This document shows, one piece after another, positions 1 through 10,177 of a DNA stretch of 64,000 bases. Under the pieces are notes generated by a model. It saw only the letters and a list, made by a program, of their open reading frames with translations, was not told the DNA's origin and did no database searches. The stretch lies in contig DATAIT010000086.1 of the NCBI GenBank assembly GCA_036262515.1, positions 3,194-67,193 of the forward strand. The letters are read 5' to 3'. The position numbers were made by a program, and so were the translations under genes. The stretch is from Acidimicrobiales bacterium. GTDB lineage: Bacteria; Actinomycetota; Acidimicrobiia; Acidimicrobiales; GCA-2861595. The first letter of the stretch is position 1; every line of letters starts with the position of its first letter.

Positions 1-1
1 G

Positions 2-1150
2 GACACACCCCTCGACCGCTCGCTGTTCCCCGTGGTGCGGAACTGGAACTACCTGAACCACGCAGGCACCGCCCCGCCGTCGGGCCCGGCGGCCGAGGCC
101 ATGCACCGGTGCGTGGTCGAGGCGGCCGGCGGCGGCAGCATGGTGTGCAAGGGCCACGAGGACCGGGCCGAGGAGATCCGGGCGGCGGCCGGTCGCCTCA
201 TGGGCGTGCCGGCGGCCGACGTGGCGTTCGTGAAGAACACGTCTGAAGGCCTGGGCTTCGTCGCCAACGGCCTCACGTGGGCGGCGGGCGACCGGGTGGT
301 CGTCCCTGACTTCGAGTTCCCGTCCACGCTGTACCCGTGGCTGGCCCTTCGCGACCAGGGCGTGATCGTCGATCTGGTGCCGACCTGCGGCCCCGGGCGG
401 GTCCTGCCCGTGGACGCCTACGCGGCCGCCGTGGCCGCCGGCCCGGCACCCAAGGTCGTGGCCACCAGCTGGGTGCAGTTCGGGCGCGGGTGGCGCACCG
501 ATCTGGCCGGGCTGGCGCAGGTGTGCGCCGACAGCGGCGCCCTCCTGTGCGCCGACGTCATCCAGGGCCTCGGCGTCGTGCCCGCCGCCCTGGAGTCGTG
601 GGGGGTGGACTTCGCCATGGCCGACGCCCACAAGTGGCTGCTCGGACCCCTCGGCGTCGGCGTGCTCTACGTGCGGCGCTCGGTGCTCGACCGTCTCCGG
701 CCCCTCGAGCCCGGGTGGGCGTCGGTGGCCCACCGGGAGGACTGGGAGAACCGGGAGCTCGTCTGGGCCGGCGACGCCCGGCGGTTGGAGGGCGGCTCGG
801 CCAACCTCACGGGGATCCACGCCATGGGTGCGTCCTTCGACCTGCTGCTCGACGCCGGCGTCGACCACATCTGGGCCCACGCCTCACGGCTGTGCGACCG
901 CCTACGGGAGGGGCTGGCCGGTGCCGGCGCGTCCGTCCTCAGCGACGGCTCGGCCGCCGGGCGTTCGGCGATCGTGACCTTCGCCGTCGACGGTGTGGAC
1001 CCCTACGTGCTGAGCGACGGCCTGCGGGCCCAGGGCATCGTGTGCGCGCCCCGCGCCCGCGGCGTCCGCGTGTCGCCCCACGGGTACAACACGGCCGACG
1101 AGGTGGACGCCCTCGTGGCCGCCGTGCGAGACGTCGTCAGGCCGAGATGA
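2..1150 (+). CDS. Class V PLP-dependent aminotransferase / cysteine desulfurase-like, 5'-truncated by the window edge
   Basis: The frame stays open to nt 2 (..LDRSLFPVVRNWNYLNHAG). PLP-lysine context FAMADAHKWLLGPLGVG. The C-terminus VRVSPHGYNTADEVDAL is typical of the family. Confidence 0.8.
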   Translation, partial: DTPLDRSLFPVVRNWNYLNHAGTAPPSGPAAEAMHRCVVEAAGGGSMVCKGHEDRAEEIRAAAGRLMGVPAADVAFVKNTSEGLGFVANGLTWAAGDRVVVPDFEFPSTLYPWLALRDQGVIVDLVPTCGPGRVLPVDAYAAAVAAGPAPKVVATSWVQFGRGWRTDLAGLAQVCADSGALLCADVIQGLGVVPAALESWGVDFAMADAHKWLLGPLGVGVLYVRRSVLDRLRPLEPGWASVAHREDWENRELVWAGDARRLEGGSANLTGIHAMGASFDLLLDAGVDHIWAHASRLCDRLREGLAGAGASVLSDGSAAGRSAIVTFAVDGVDPYVLSDGLRAQGIVCAPRARGVRVSPHGYNTADEVDALVAAVRDVVRPR

Positions 1151-2072
1151 GGTCCTGCAGGCTCCCGGCCGTGAAGTCGCGCAGCTTGGCAATGGCCTTG
1201 GACTCGATGTGGCGGATGCGCTCGCGGCTCACGCCGAACTTGGCAGCCACCTCGGCCAGCGTGCGCGGCTCGCCCCGGTCGAGGCCGTAGCGCAGCGTGA
1301 GGATCTCGCGCTCGCGGGCGTCGAGCCGGTCGAGCAGGGCCGCCACCTGGGCGGGGAGCATGGCGGCCAGGACCGACTGGTCCGGCGGCAGGGCGGCGGC
1401 GTCGACGACCAGCTCGCCCAGCTCCGTGTCGCCGGTGTCGCCCCGCGGCTCGGACAGCGACACCGGGTCGACGAGGTAGGGGAGCAGCTCCTCGATCTTC
1501 GACAGCGGCATGGTGAGGGCGTCGATCAGCTCGCAGGGGGCGGGCGGGCGGCCGTGGGTCATCTCGTAGGCGGCCACCGCCTTGCGCAGGCGAAGCAGCT
1601 GGTCGACGGCGTGGACCGGGAGGCGGATCGTGCGGCTGGTGTTGGCGATGCCACGGGTGATGGCCTGGCGGACCCACCAGGTGGCGTAGGTGGAGAACTT
1701 GAACCCGCGTGACGCGTCGAAGCGCTCGACGGCCCGGATCAGGCCCATGTTGCCTTCCTGGATCAGGTCGAGCAGGGGCAGGCCCGAGGCGCGGTAGCCC
1801 TTGGCGATCGACACGACCAGGCGGAGGTTCGACTTCACGAACTTCGACGCCGCGTCCTCGCCCGCCTTCACGACGCCGAGGAGCTCGACACGGTTCTGCT
1901 CGGCCGCCTCGCTGCCGGACTCGAGCTCGGCAGCCGCCTCGCGCCCGAGCTTGATCAGGCCGGCCAGATGAGCTTCATCGGCCCTGGTCAGGAGCGGGTG
2001 CCGGGCGATGTCGTTGAGGTACAGCCTGACGCCGTCCTCCTCGCCGCTTCGAGCGCTGCGCTCGCTGACCAC
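1137..2072 (-). CDS. RNA polymerase sigma-70 family factor (regions 1.2-4 present)
   Basis: YLNDIARHPLLTRADE (region 1.2), FSTYATWWVRQAITR (region 2.4), HTH TLAEVAAKFGVSRERIRHIESKAIAKLR (region 4.2). Start trimmed to GTG 2072, which is preceded by GGGAGGGA. Confidence 0.9.
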   Translation of the reverse strand: MVSERSARSGEEDGVRLYLNDIARHPLLTRADEAHLAGLIKLGREAAAELESGSEAAEQNRVELLGVVKAGEDAASKFVKSNLRLVVSIAKGYRASGLPLLDLIQEGNMGLIRAVERFDASRGFKFSTYATWWVRQAITRGIANTSRTIRLPVHAVDQLLRLRKAVAAYEMTHGRPPAPCELIDALTMPLSKIEELLPYLVDPVSLSEPRGDTGDTELGELVVDAAALPPDQSVLAAMLPAQVAALLDRLDAREREILTLRYGLDRGEPRTLAEVAAKFGVSRERIRHIESKAIAKLRDFTAGSLQDLISA

Positions 2073-2155
2073 CCGATTTCCCTCCCACTGAGGAACCCAC
2101 CCCCGCGGTGCGAACACGAGGTTACAGGCATCTGTGGCGTTTTCACAGCGCGCGA

Positions 2156-2959
2156 TTACAGGGCCGTCCTGAGCAGCTCCGGCGCGACCGGGCAGGGCGC
2201 CTCGTCGTCCTCGTCATCCGGCGTCCGCAGCCCTGTCGGCCGCACCACCTGGTCGCACAGGGAGAGGGGCACGAGCTCGTGGTCGCGCTCCCACGCAGGG
2301 AGGGCGGAGGCGCCCAGGGACGACTCGACGGCGCGCCACATCCGCGCCGGCACCACCCGTCCGACGCCGGCGACCAGCCACACCGGCCGGCCGGTGGACC
2401 GGGCCACGGCGGCCGCGGCGCGCGACCCCGGCGTCGCCACGAACCACTCCGGGCCCACGACCGAGGCCTCCAGCACCACCAGGTCGGCCTCGGCGGCCGC
2501 CGCGCCGAGCCCGGCGTCGGGGACCTCCTCCACGAGCACGTCGACCGCCCGCAGCCGCCGGCCGAGGCCCGCCGCCTCCCCGCCGCCCGACACCAGGAGG
2601 ATCTCGACGTCGCCCCGGCGGCGCAGGCCGTCGACCACCTGGTCGGGCCATCCCAGGACCACGACCGAGGCCTCGTCCGGGACGGCGCCGCACAGGACCG
2701 CAGGGGTGGCGTCCGCCTCCATCTCGGCCGCCGCCCGCCAGGCCTCCGCCATCGGGTCGGCCGCACACAGGACCCGTGAGCACAGCCACCACATGGGTCC
2801 CACGGCGGGGTGGCGCGCCACCAACCGCCGGCACGCCGTCACCAGGCCGGCCGGGTCGTCCCCGAGGGCGGTGAGGGCGCCGGCCGCCTCCTGGACGAGG
2901 ACGCCCGGCCCGGCCCCGGTGGCCCGGGCCACCGACCGCAACCGCTCCATCGGGTGCAT
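2156..2959 (-). CDS. Conserved hypothetical protein (weak eIF-2B/Rossmann-like impression only)
   Basis: 267-codon ORF with a coding-like composition (few rare Arg codons) and no competing credible ORF. No diagnostic motif recognised. Confidence 0.5.
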   Translation of the reverse strand: MHPMERLRSVARATGAGPGVLVQEAAGALTALGDDPAGLVTACRRLVARHPAVGPMWWLCSRVLCAADPMAEAWRAAAEMEADATPAVLCGAVPDEASVVVLGWPDQVVDGLRRRGDVEILLVSGGGEAAGLGRRLRAVDVLVEEVPDAGLGAAAAEADLVVLEASVVGPEWFVATPGSRAAAAVARSTGRPVWLVAGVGRVVPARMWRAVESSLGASALPAWERDHELVPLSLCDQVVRPTGLRTPDDEDDEAPCPVAPELLRTAL

Positions 2960-3044
2960 CGACGCACGACGCTACCGTCGCCCCGGTGCGACCCGCCGTC
3001 GCCACCCGCCGTCGCACCGGTGCGCCGTCTCGCTGCCGGAAAAG

Positions 3045-3554
3045 GTGGTGGACTACCTTGCCGCAGTGGCCAGCGCCCCGCCGCTCGATCTGACCCTGTC
3101 CCCCCTGAACGGGCCGCCACGCAGCGTGCAGGCGTGGCTCACCACCTTCCACCTCGTGTTCGTCGCGCTCGATCCGTTCACCTACGAGAGCGCCTGGCTG
3201 CTGCCCACCGCCGCCCGGGTGCTCACCGGCTTCCAGGAGGCGGACTGCCGCATCGCCTGGCTCGTGGCCGGCACCCCGGACGAGTGCCGCCAGTTCCTCG
3301 GCCCGCTGTCCCAGGCCATCCTCACCTTCTCCGATCCCGACCGCAGCGCCATCAAGGCCTTCGGCCTGGAACGCCTCCCCGCCCTCGTGCACGTGGGCAC
3401 CGACGGGTCGGTGATCGGCGCGGCGGAGGGGTGGGGCCCTGCCGAGTGGAGGAACCTCGCGACGGCGCTGGCCAAGATGATGGCGTGGACGCCGCCGAAC
3501 ATCCCGGTCGCCGGCGACCCGGGGCCCTACCCCGGCTCCCCCGCCCTGGGCTGA
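3045..3554 (+). CDS. Thioredoxin/peroxiredoxin-fold protein lacking catalytic cysteines
   Basis: Only the C-terminal ~170 codons of ORF 1968..3554 look protein-like (HLVFVALDPFTYESAW, LPALVHVGTDGSV). First start after the divergent neighbour is GTG 3045/3048. No CxxC motif. Confidence 0.55.
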   Translation: MVDYLAAVASAPPLDLTLSPLNGPPRSVQAWLTTFHLVFVALDPFTYESAWLLPTAARVLTGFQEADCRIAWLVAGTPDECRQFLGPLSQAILTFSDPDRSAIKAFGLERLPALVHVGTDGSVIGAAEGWGPAEWRNLATALAKMMAWTPPNIPVAGDPGPYPGSPALG

Positions 3555-3578
3555 GGGGCCTGCGGGCGCCGCCTGGCG

Positions 3579-4958
3579 CTAGCTGACCCCGCCGCGGGTG
3601 AGGCCGAGGACGTCGAGGGCCCGGTCTAGCTCCTCGGCGGTCATCCAGCCCCGCTCGAGGACGATCTCGCGGATCGAGCGACCGGAGCGGGTCGACTCCT
3701 TCACGACCTGCGCCGCCCGCTCGTAGCCGATGTGCGAGTTGAGGGCGGTGCCCAGTGACGGCGACGACTCGGCGTACGCCCGGCAGCGCGCCTCGTCGAC
3801 CTCCACGCCGGCCACGCACGACTCGGCCAGCAGCGCGGCCGAGGAGGCCAACAGGCGGATGGACTCGAGGACGTTGCGGGCCATCACCGGCATCATCACG
3901 TTGAGCTCGAGGTTGCCGGCGGCGCCCGCGAACGCGATGGCGGCATCGTTCCCGACGACCTGGGCGACCACCTGGGCGACCGCTTCGGGGATGACGGGGT
4001 TCACCTTGCCGGGCATGATCGACGACCCGGGCTGGAGATCGGGCAGGCGGATCTCGGCCAGCCCGGTGCGGGGCCCGCTGGCCAACCACCGCAGGTCGTT
4101 CACCAGCTTGTGGAGCGAGACGGCGATGGTGCGCAGCGCGCCGCTCAACTCGACCAGCGCGTCCCGCCCGCCCTGGGCCTCGAAGTGGTCGACCGCCTCG
4201 GTGACGGCCAAGCCCGTGCGCTCGGCCAGCCGGGCGATGGTGCGGGCCGCGAACCCGGCGGGAGCGTTGATGCCGGTCCCGACGGCCGTGCCGCCAAGGG
4301 GCACCTCCAGCAGCCGCGGAAGGACCGACCTGAGGCGCTCGGCCCCGAGCTCCACGGACCGGGCCCAGCCGCCGAACTCCTGGCCGAGAGTGACCGGCGT
4401 GGCGTCCATGAGATGGGTCCGGCCCGACTTCACGACCTCGGCGAACTCCTCCTGCTTGCGTCGCAGGGCGGCGGCCAGACGGCCCAGCCCATCCTCGAGC
4501 GAAGTGGTCACGAGGGTGGCGGCCGCTACGTGGATGGCCGTCGGGAACACGTCGTTTGTGGACTGCGAGGCGTTCACGTGGTCGTTGGGGTGCACCGACC
4601 GGCCGAGCCGCTCGGCGGCCAGCCCCGCCACCACCTCGTTCATGTTCATGTTCGACGAGGTGCCGGAGCCCGTCTGGAAGACGTCGACCGGGAACTGGTC
4701 CCCATGGGCGCCGGCGGCGATGTCGCGCGCCGCCCCTGCGATGGCCGCCGCCATGTCCGTATCGAGCACGTCAAGCTCGGCGTTGGCCTCCGCCGCCGCC
4801 GCCTTGATCTCGGCCAGCGCGACCCGCAGCGCCGGCTCGATGCCCCGGCCCGAGATCGGGAAGTTGTCCACCGCCCGTTGCGTCGACGCTCCCCATCGGG
4901 CGCCGTCGGGGATGCGGACGTCGCCCATCGTGTCGTGCTCGATGCGGTAGCCGCCCAT
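3579..4958 (-). CDS. fumC: Class II fumarate hydratase
   Basis: N-terminus [37 protein letters not shown] and signature [16 protein letters not shown]. The 239-codon Arg/Pro-rich N-terminal extension in the ORF track was rejected. Confidence 0.93.
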   Translation of the reverse strand: MGGYRIEHDTMGDVRIPDGARWGASTQRAVDNFPISGRGIEPALRVALAEIKAAAAEANAELDVLDTDMAAAIAGAARDIAAGAHGDQFPVDVFQTGSGTSSNMNMNEVVAGLAAERLGRSVHPNDHVNASQSTNDVFPTAIHVAAATLVTTSLEDGLGRLAAALRRKQEEFAEVVKSGRTHLMDATPVTLGQEFGGWARSVELGAERLRSVLPRLLEVPLGGTAVGTGINAPAGFAARTIARLAERTGLAVTEAVDHFEAQGGRDALVELSGALRTIAVSLHKLVNDLRWLASGPRTGLAEIRLPDLQPGSSIMPGKVNPVIPEAVAQVVAQVVGNDAAIAFAGAAGNLELNVMMPVMARNVLESIRLLASSAALLAESCVAGVEVDEARCRAYAESSPSLGTALNSHIGYERAAQVVKESTRSGRSIREIVLERGWMTAEELDRALDVLGLTRGGVS

Positions 4959-5041
4959 CGCCGGGCCACGGTAGTGGGCGCCACCTCCTCCCCCGGTCGT
5001 TGGCTCCCACCCACCGCACCGGTTACCGTTTCCTTCCAACA

Positions 5042-6298
5042 ATGCACCGCTCCGGGACGACCCCGCGTCATCGGTGGCTCGGCATCGCGCTCTGCGCCCT
5101 CCTGCTGTCCACGAGCTTCGGCCTGCCCGGAGGCGTCCCGGCCGCGCTCGGCGACGAGATCGGGGCCAAGCGGGCGGAGGCAGAGCGGGTGGCGAAGCAG
5201 CTCGACGAGCAGGGCGAGCGGGTGAGCATCCTGGCCGAGAAGCTGAACCAGGCCCGGATCCAGGCCGACCAGCTGGCGGCCCGGGTGCGGGTCGCCGAAG
5301 GTGAGCTGGCGGCGGCCGACCGCGAGGTGGACTCCGTGCGGGGCCGCCTCCGCGATCGGGCCGTGGCCTCGTACGTGGGCGGCGGCCGCGGCGCAGGTGA
5401 GCTCCCCATCCAGCAGCTGCTGGACAGCGGATCGGCCAACGACCTCGCAGTACGCCAGGCCTACGTGTCGTCGATCGGGGGCGCCGAGCAGGCCACCGTC
5501 GACATGCTCGAGGCGGCCCAGGAGCAGCGCCGCGTGCAGCGCGCCCAGCTCGACGAGGCACAGCGGTCGGCCAAGGGCGTGCTGGACGACGTGGCCGCCC
5601 AGCAGAAGGCGGCGTCGGCGGCAGCAGCCGAGCGCAAGGCCACCCTCGACCGCGTCCAGGGGGAGCTCGGAGCACTGGTACAGGCCGAGCAGGCCCGGCG
5701 GGCGGCGGAGGAGCAGAAGCGGGTCCAGGCTGAACTGGGCGCCCGCCAGGCGCGCGAGGCGGCGGCGCGGGCGGCTGCCGCGGCCAAGGCCGAACAGGAC
5801 CGGGCCCGTGAGCAGGAGGAGGCGGCCCGGCGCTCCAGCACCGTCCCTCCCGCCCGGCTTCCGGCGGTGACGATCCCCGGCGTCGTGGACGGCGGCGGAC
5901 AGACCGGGGATCCGTCGACCGGCGAACGGACGGCGGTGCGCCCGCCTGCTCAGGGCGCCGACGCGGCCGTGGCCGAGGCGCGTCGCCAGCTCGGCAAGCC
6001 GTACGAGTACGGGTCGCCCGGCCCCGACACGTTCGACTGCTCCGGCCTCACCAGCTGGGCGTGGCGGGCCGGCGGGCGGACCCTCCCCCATTCGTCGGCC
6101 GCCCAGTACGGCGCCACGACCCGTGTCCCGGTGTCGGAGATCCAGCCCGGCGACCTCGTGTTCTACGGGGTACCCATCCACCACGTGGGGATCTATGCCG
6201 GCGGCGGGGAGATGGTGGAGGCCTCGGAGACGGGGACCCCCGTCCGCATGGCCTCGATCTACCGGCGCGATCTCGTCGGGGTCGGGCGCGTCGGGTAG
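5042..6298 (+). CDS. Secreted NlpC/P60 peptidoglycan endopeptidase with a long N-terminal coiled coil (RipA-like architecture)
   Basis: Signal-like [19 protein letters not shown], then ~230 aa of Ala/Glu/Arg/Gln-rich heptad-like sequence. Catalytic core [11 protein letters not shown] ... [10 protein letters not shown]. Confidence 0.9.
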   Translation: MHRSGTTPRHRWLGIALCALLLSTSFGLPGGVPAALGDEIGAKRAEAERVAKQLDEQGERVSILAEKLNQARIQADQLAARVRVAEGELAAADREVDSVRGRLRDRAVASYVGGGRGAGELPIQQLLDSGSANDLAVRQAYVSSIGGAEQATVDMLEAAQEQRRVQRAQLDEAQRSAKGVLDDVAAQQKAASAAAAERKATLDRVQGELGALVQAEQARRAAEEQKRVQAELGARQAREAAARAAAAAKAEQDRAREQEEAARRSSTVPPARLPAVTIPGVVDGGGQTGDPSTGERTAVRPPAQGADAAVAEARRQLGKPYEYGSPGPDTFDCSGLTSWAWRAGGRTLPHSSAAQYGATTRVPVSEIQPGDLVFYGVPIHHVGIYAGGGEMVEASETGTPVRMASIYRRDLVGVGRVG

Positions 6299-6308
6299 AA
6301 CGCCGGGG

Positions 6309-7976
6309 GTGCCCACCCGCCTCCCCGCTCCGGAGCTCGACGGCAGGGGCGGGTGGCTGGGCCTCCGCCGGCCGCTCACTCTGGCCCGCCTCCGGGGCAA
6401 GGCCGTCGTGGTGTACTTCTGGTCGGCGTCGAGCGCGGAGTGCCAGCGGCTCGTCGAGGACCTGCGCCCCGTCGAGGAGCTGTTCGGGGACGAGCTGGTC
6501 GTCGTCGGCGTGCACGCTCCCCGCTTCCCGGCGGAGGCGGAACACCGCCTGGTGGCCGACGCCGTGGCCTCCCTAGGGATCGCCCATCCCGTCGTCGACG
6601 ACGCCGACCTCTCCGTGTGGGAGGCGTACGGGGCGCAGGAGTGGCCCACCGTGGTGCTGGTGGCCCCCGGAGGCGAGCTGGCCGGGACCGTGGCCGGCGA
6701 GGACTGCGGGTCCGTCCTGGAGAAGGCCGTCACCGAGGTCCTCGAAAGCTCCCCTGCGGTCGCCGGCCGGGTCCGCCGCCGCCCCGTCGCCGTCGACCGG
6801 CTGCTGCCTCCCGACGGCCCCCTCGCCTTCCCGGGCAAGGTGGCCTGCTCGCGGGACGGTCGCCTGCTCGCGGTGGGCGACACGGCCCACGACCAGGTCC
6901 TCGTGTGCTCGCTGGACGGCGTGGTGCTGGAGGCCCACACGGGGTTCCTGCGGCCCCAGGGCGTCCGCTTCGACCTGAGCGGAGTAGTGGTCTGCGACAC
7001 GCTGGCGAACCGGGTGGTGCGCACCGACGGCGAGGTCCTGGCCGACAGCGTCGTGTCACCGTGGGACCTGGTCAGCGACGGCCGCTCCTGGGTCGTGGCC
7101 GAGGCCGGCGGGCACCGCGTGCTGCGCGTCCGCCCCGGCGAGCTGCGCACGCGGCTCGTGGCGGGGACCGGAAGCGAAGGGGCGGCCGACGGCCCGGTGG
7201 AGAAGGCGGCGCTGTCGCAGCCGTCCGGCGTGGCCTGCACCGCCCGCGGCATCGCCTTCGTCGACGCCGGTGCCAGCGCCCTCCGCCTGGTCGTGGACGA
7301 GCGGCGGGGCGGCTCCGTGTCGACCCTCGTCGGCGACGGCCGCTTCGGGTGCGGGGACGCCGACGGGGCCCCCGACACGGCCCGGCTGCAGTTCCCGCTC
7401 GGCGTGGCCGCCGACCCGCGGGCTCCCGACGGGCCCGTGTACGTGGCGGACACCTACAATGACGCGCTGCGGGCGTGGGAGGGCGGCCGGCTCCGCACCT
7501 TGCCGGTGCGGGGACTGCGGCGACCGGGCGGCGTCGACGTCCTGCCCGACGGCCGGCTGGTGGTGGCCGACACCGGCAACCATCGCATCGTGGTCGTCGA
7601 TCCGCGGTCGGGAACGGTGACGCCGGTCGACCTGGACGAGACATGGGTGCACGGCTCCGACGGGCCGCCCCTGCGGGTGGCGTCCGGCCGCTCCGTCGCC
7701 GTCGACGTCGCCATCGAGCTGGTGGACGAGGAGCTCGACCGCTCCGGGGCGGGCTCGGACCCTCCCGTCGAGGCCGTGGTCTCCTCCCGGCCGGCCGCGC
7801 TGCTGGCCGGCGGTCCGCTGCGCCTTGCGCTCACGGCGGGGAGCGGCGTCATCGAGGTCACCGGCGGGCGGCCGGGGTTCGGGCACCTCCTCGTCGAGGT
7901 CACCGCCCGCACCACGGGGGCCGGCGGCGCCGCCCGGCGGGTCCAGCGCCGCCGCCACACCCTCGACGTCGACTGA
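6309..7976 (+). CDS. Thioredoxin-like domain fused to an NHL-repeat beta-propeller (NHLRC2-like architecture)
   Basis: Trx-like GKAVVVYFWSASSAECQRLV...VVGVHAPRF...WPTVVLVAPGG, followed by repeated motifs such as VADTGNHRIVVVD, VAEAGGHRVLRV and VADTYNDALRAW. Start at GTG 6309, just after the upstream stop. Confidence 0.8.
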   Translation: MPTRLPAPELDGRGGWLGLRRPLTLARLRGKAVVVYFWSASSAECQRLVEDLRPVEELFGDELVVVGVHAPRFPAEAEHRLVADAVASLGIAHPVVDDADLSVWEAYGAQEWPTVVLVAPGGELAGTVAGEDCGSVLEKAVTEVLESSPAVAGRVRRRPVAVDRLLPPDGPLAFPGKVACSRDGRLLAVGDTAHDQVLVCSLDGVVLEAHTGFLRPQGVRFDLSGVVVCDTLANRVVRTDGEVLADSVVSPWDLVSDGRSWVVAEAGGHRVLRVRPGELRTRLVAGTGSEGAADGPVEKAALSQPSGVACTARGIAFVDAGASALRLVVDERRGGSVSTLVGDGRFGCGDADGAPDTARLQFPLGVAADPRAPDGPVYVADTYNDALRAWEGGRLRTLPVRGLRRPGGVDVLPDGRLVVADTGNHRIVVVDPRSGTVTPVDLDETWVHGSDGPPLRVASGRSVAVDVAIELVDEELDRSGAGSDPPVEAVVSSRPAALLAGGPLRLALTAGSGVIEVTGGRPGFGHLLVEVTARTTGAGGAARRVQRRRHTLDVD

Positions 7977-8057
7977 CCCCCTCTCGAACGGCGGGTGGGG
8001 CACGGAGAGCAGGCGGGCGGCGGGCTACAGCGGGCCGGCGGGCTACGGTCGGCGGCC

Positions 8058-9002
8058 GTGCGGGCGGCGACGATCGTGGACGGCGATGTCGTCGCGCGGG
8101 AGCACCCCGATCCCGTTCCTGGCGCCTTGGAGGTGCTGGTGCGGGTGAAGGCGGCCGGGGTCAACGCCGCCGACCTGCTCCAACGGGCGGGCCGCTACCC
8201 GCCGCCGCCCGGCGCCCCGGTCGACATCCCCGGCCTCGAGCTGGCCGGCGAGGTGTGCGGCCGCGGGCCGGGCGCCGTGCGCTTCGAGGTGGGCGAGCGG
8301 GTGATGGCGGTGGTGGGCGGCGGAGCCCACGCGGAGCTGTGCACCGTCCACGAGCGCCTCGCCGTGGCTGTGCCGCCGGCGGTGCCGTGGGCGGCGGCCG
8401 GCGGGTTCCCGGAAGCGTTCACGACGGCCCACGACGCCCTGTTCACCCAGTGCGGGCTGGCCATGGGCGAGCGCGTGCTCGTCTCGGGGGCGGCCGGGGG
8501 CGTGGGCACGGCGGCGGTGCAGCTGGCGGCGGCGGCCGGCGCGTCGGTCACGGCCAGCGTGCGCAACGCCGGCCTGCGTCCGGGCGTGGCCGGGCTGGGT
8601 CCGAACGTGACCGTCGTGGCGCCCGACGAGGTCGCCGGCTCCGGCCCCTACGACGTGGTGCTCGAGCTGGTGGGGGCGCCGAACCTCGCCGTCGACCTGG
8701 CCGAGCTGGCCATCGGCGGAAGGGCGGCGATCATCGGCGTGGGCGCCGGGAGCCGGGCCGAGATCGACCTGCGTGTGCTGATGGAACGCAGGGCGTCGGT
8801 GCGGGGGTCGACGCTGCGCGCCCGACCGCTGGAGGCGAAGGCGGACGCGGCCCGGAGGATCGAGGCGCACGTGGCCCCGCTGCTGGCGCGGGGCGCCGTC
8901 AACGTGCCCGTCGCCGCCACCTTCCCGCTCGACGCCGTGCCCGACGCGTACGGGCGCTTCGCCGCCGGGGCCAAGCTCGGCAAGGTGGTCCTCGTCATGT
9001 GA
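8058..9002 (+). CDS. NADPH:quinone oxidoreductase / MDR zinc-ADH-like family
   Basis: VLVRVKAAGVNAADLLQRAGRYPPPPG and GERVLVSGAAGGVGTAAVQLA (Rossmann motif). An alternative longer start lies at 7995. Confidence 0.85.
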   Translation: MRAATIVDGDVVAREHPDPVPGALEVLVRVKAAGVNAADLLQRAGRYPPPPGAPVDIPGLELAGEVCGRGPGAVRFEVGERVMAVVGGGAHAELCTVHERLAVAVPPAVPWAAAGGFPEAFTTAHDALFTQCGLAMGERVLVSGAAGGVGTAAVQLAAAAGASVTASVRNAGLRPGVAGLGPNVTVVAPDEVAGSGPYDVVLELVGAPNLAVDLAELAIGGRAAIIGVGAGSRAEIDLRVLMERRASVRGSTLRARPLEAKADAARRIEAHVAPLLARGAVNVPVAATFPLDAVPDAYGRFAAGAKLGKVVLVM

Positions 9003-9765
9003 GCGTGTCGAGGGAGATCGTGCGGCCGCCGGCGACGGTCCGCTCGGCGTTGGTGGTCTGCACCACGCCCTGCCCGTCGATTCGCACGGTGGTGTTGTCG
9101 CAGCCCCCGACGGCCCTCGCCTGGTAGTTCACCGACAGTCCCCGTGGCGTGATCTGCTCACCGGCGACCGTCCGCGCCTCCAGCCCCGACCACCGTACGG
9201 AGACCGAGGGGTCGTCACAGCGGGCGAAGACCTCCGACCACACGACCGGCGCCGTGAGCGTGTCCCCGCCCGTCTCCAGGTGGCGGATGACCGTCGCCTC
9301 GCCCGTGGCCAGGTCGGTGACCTCTCCCTGCCAGTGCCCCGGCAGGGCCGGCGAAGGGGAGACCCGCAGGCGGTACGGGCGGTTCGGCTGCCAGGGGTAG
9401 TCACGGGTGTTCGGGTCGTCCGGCGTGCTCGGCAGCGCCGACGCCGTCCCGGCCAGCAGCCCCCCGCCCGGGGCGTATCCGCCCCAGTTCACGGCCCGAC
9501 CGGCGCGGTGGCGCGCGTTCCACTGCAGCCCGACGTGCGCCGCCCCCCGGTCGCCGGCGCCGTCGGCGAAGCCCACCTGCAGGGCCCAGAAGTACAGGCT
9601 GTCCACCGCTGGTGGCACGAGGACCTCGAGCACGGCCGACACCTCCACCAGCGCCGGCGCCGGTCCGAGAACCCAGGTGAGGTGGAACGACGAGGCGCCG
9701 TTCGCCGACGTGGGGCGGCCGGTCGTCCGCTGGCCGGTCCCCCGCAGCCACGGGAAGCGAGCCAC
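8995..9765 (-). CDS. Conserved hypothetical protein (beta-rich, possibly jelly-roll; unassigned)
   Basis: 256-codon ORF downstream of the ArsC-family gene on the same strand. Protein-like composition (YFWALQVGF, VNWGGY, WQPNRPYRLRV). No family recognised with confidence. Confidence 0.55.
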   Translation of the reverse strand: MARFPWLRGTGQRTTGRPTSANGASSFHLTWVLGPAPALVEVSAVLEVLVPPAVDSLYFWALQVGFADGAGDRGAAHVGLQWNARHRAGRAVNWGGYAPGGGLLAGTASALPSTPDDPNTRDYPWQPNRPYRLRVSPSPALPGHWQGEVTDLATGEATVIRHLETGGDTLTAPVVWSEVFARCDDPSVSVRWSGLEARTVAGEQITPRGLSVNYQARAVGGCDNTTVRIDGQGVVQTTNAERTVAGGRTISLDTLT

Positions 9766-9811
9766 CCGTCCACCCTACGGCCGCAGCCGCAGCTGCCGTC
9801 AGGCGAGGGAC

Positions 9812-10177
9812 CTACCCCGCAGCGGCTGGTCCCGGGAAGAGATCGAGGACCTTCTCCGCCGGGCGGGCGATGACGGCGCGTCCGTCGTGGACGACGATCG
9901 GGCGCTCGATGAGGATGGGGTTGGCGACCATGGCGTCGAGCAGCTCGCCGGGGCCGGCCGAGGCCAGGCCGAGCTCCGTGTACACCGCCTCCCCCGTGCG
10001 CATCATGTGGCGGGGGTCGTCGATCCCGAGCAGCCCCATCACCTCCACCAGGGCCTGACGGGTGGGAGCCTGGTCGAGGTAGCGGACGTACTCGGCGTCG
10101 ACGCCCTGCTCGGCGAGGATGCCCTGGACCGTGCGGCACTTCGAGCACGATGGGTTGAAGTAGACCTGCGTGCCCAT
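9812..10177 (-). CDS. ArsC/Spx/YffB-family (glutaredoxin-fold) reductase-like protein
   Basis: MGTQVYFNPSCSKCRTVQGIL N-terminus with the family Cys, and ...NPILIERPIV motif. Length 121 aa is typical of the family. Confidence 0.87.
   Translation of the reverse strand: MGTQVYFNPSCSKCRTVQGILAEQGVDAEYVRYLDQAPTRQALVEVMGLLGIDDPRHMMRTGEAVYTELGLASAGPGELLDAMVANPILIERPIVVHDGRAVIARPAEKVLDLFPGPAAAG

Noticed and set aside
3555-3578. Short GC-rich palindrome (GCGCC-gcct-GGCGC) between the convergent Trx-fold gene and fumC, considered as a bidirectional terminator.
   Set aside because: The stem is only 5 bp and there is no flanking T/A tract, so it does not stand out from background palindromes in GC-rich DNA.
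4959-5041. Possible c-di-AMP (ydaO-type) riboswitch upstream of the NlpC/P60 hydrolase, as is common in actinobacteria.
   Set aside because: Only ~83 nt of intergenic sequence is available, and I could not recognise the conserved ydaO core elements. It would need a covariance-model scan (Rfam) to exclude it formally.
4959-5675. N-terminal extensions in the ORF track, for example fumarase as 698 aa. The same issue affects the ORFs at 16759..18414, 18646..20007, 19248..21458, 36308..38425 and 52668..56357.
   Set aside because: The homology-bearing part starts at an internal ATG or GTG. That start is often preceded by a Shine-Dalgarno-like motif or forms a 4-nt overlap with the upstream stop. 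The extensions are low-complexity Arg/Pro sequence that overlaps neighbouring genes.
4646-7453. 935-aa minus-strand ORF. Similar very long ORFs occur at 337..1290, 14388..16268, 24671..27601, 41130..44582 and 53206..55329.
   Set aside because: These ORFs lie antisense to, or out of frame with, genes that have clear family motifs. Their translations are Arg/Pro/Gly/Ala-dominated with no motifs. Such stop-free frames are expected in DNA this GC-rich.
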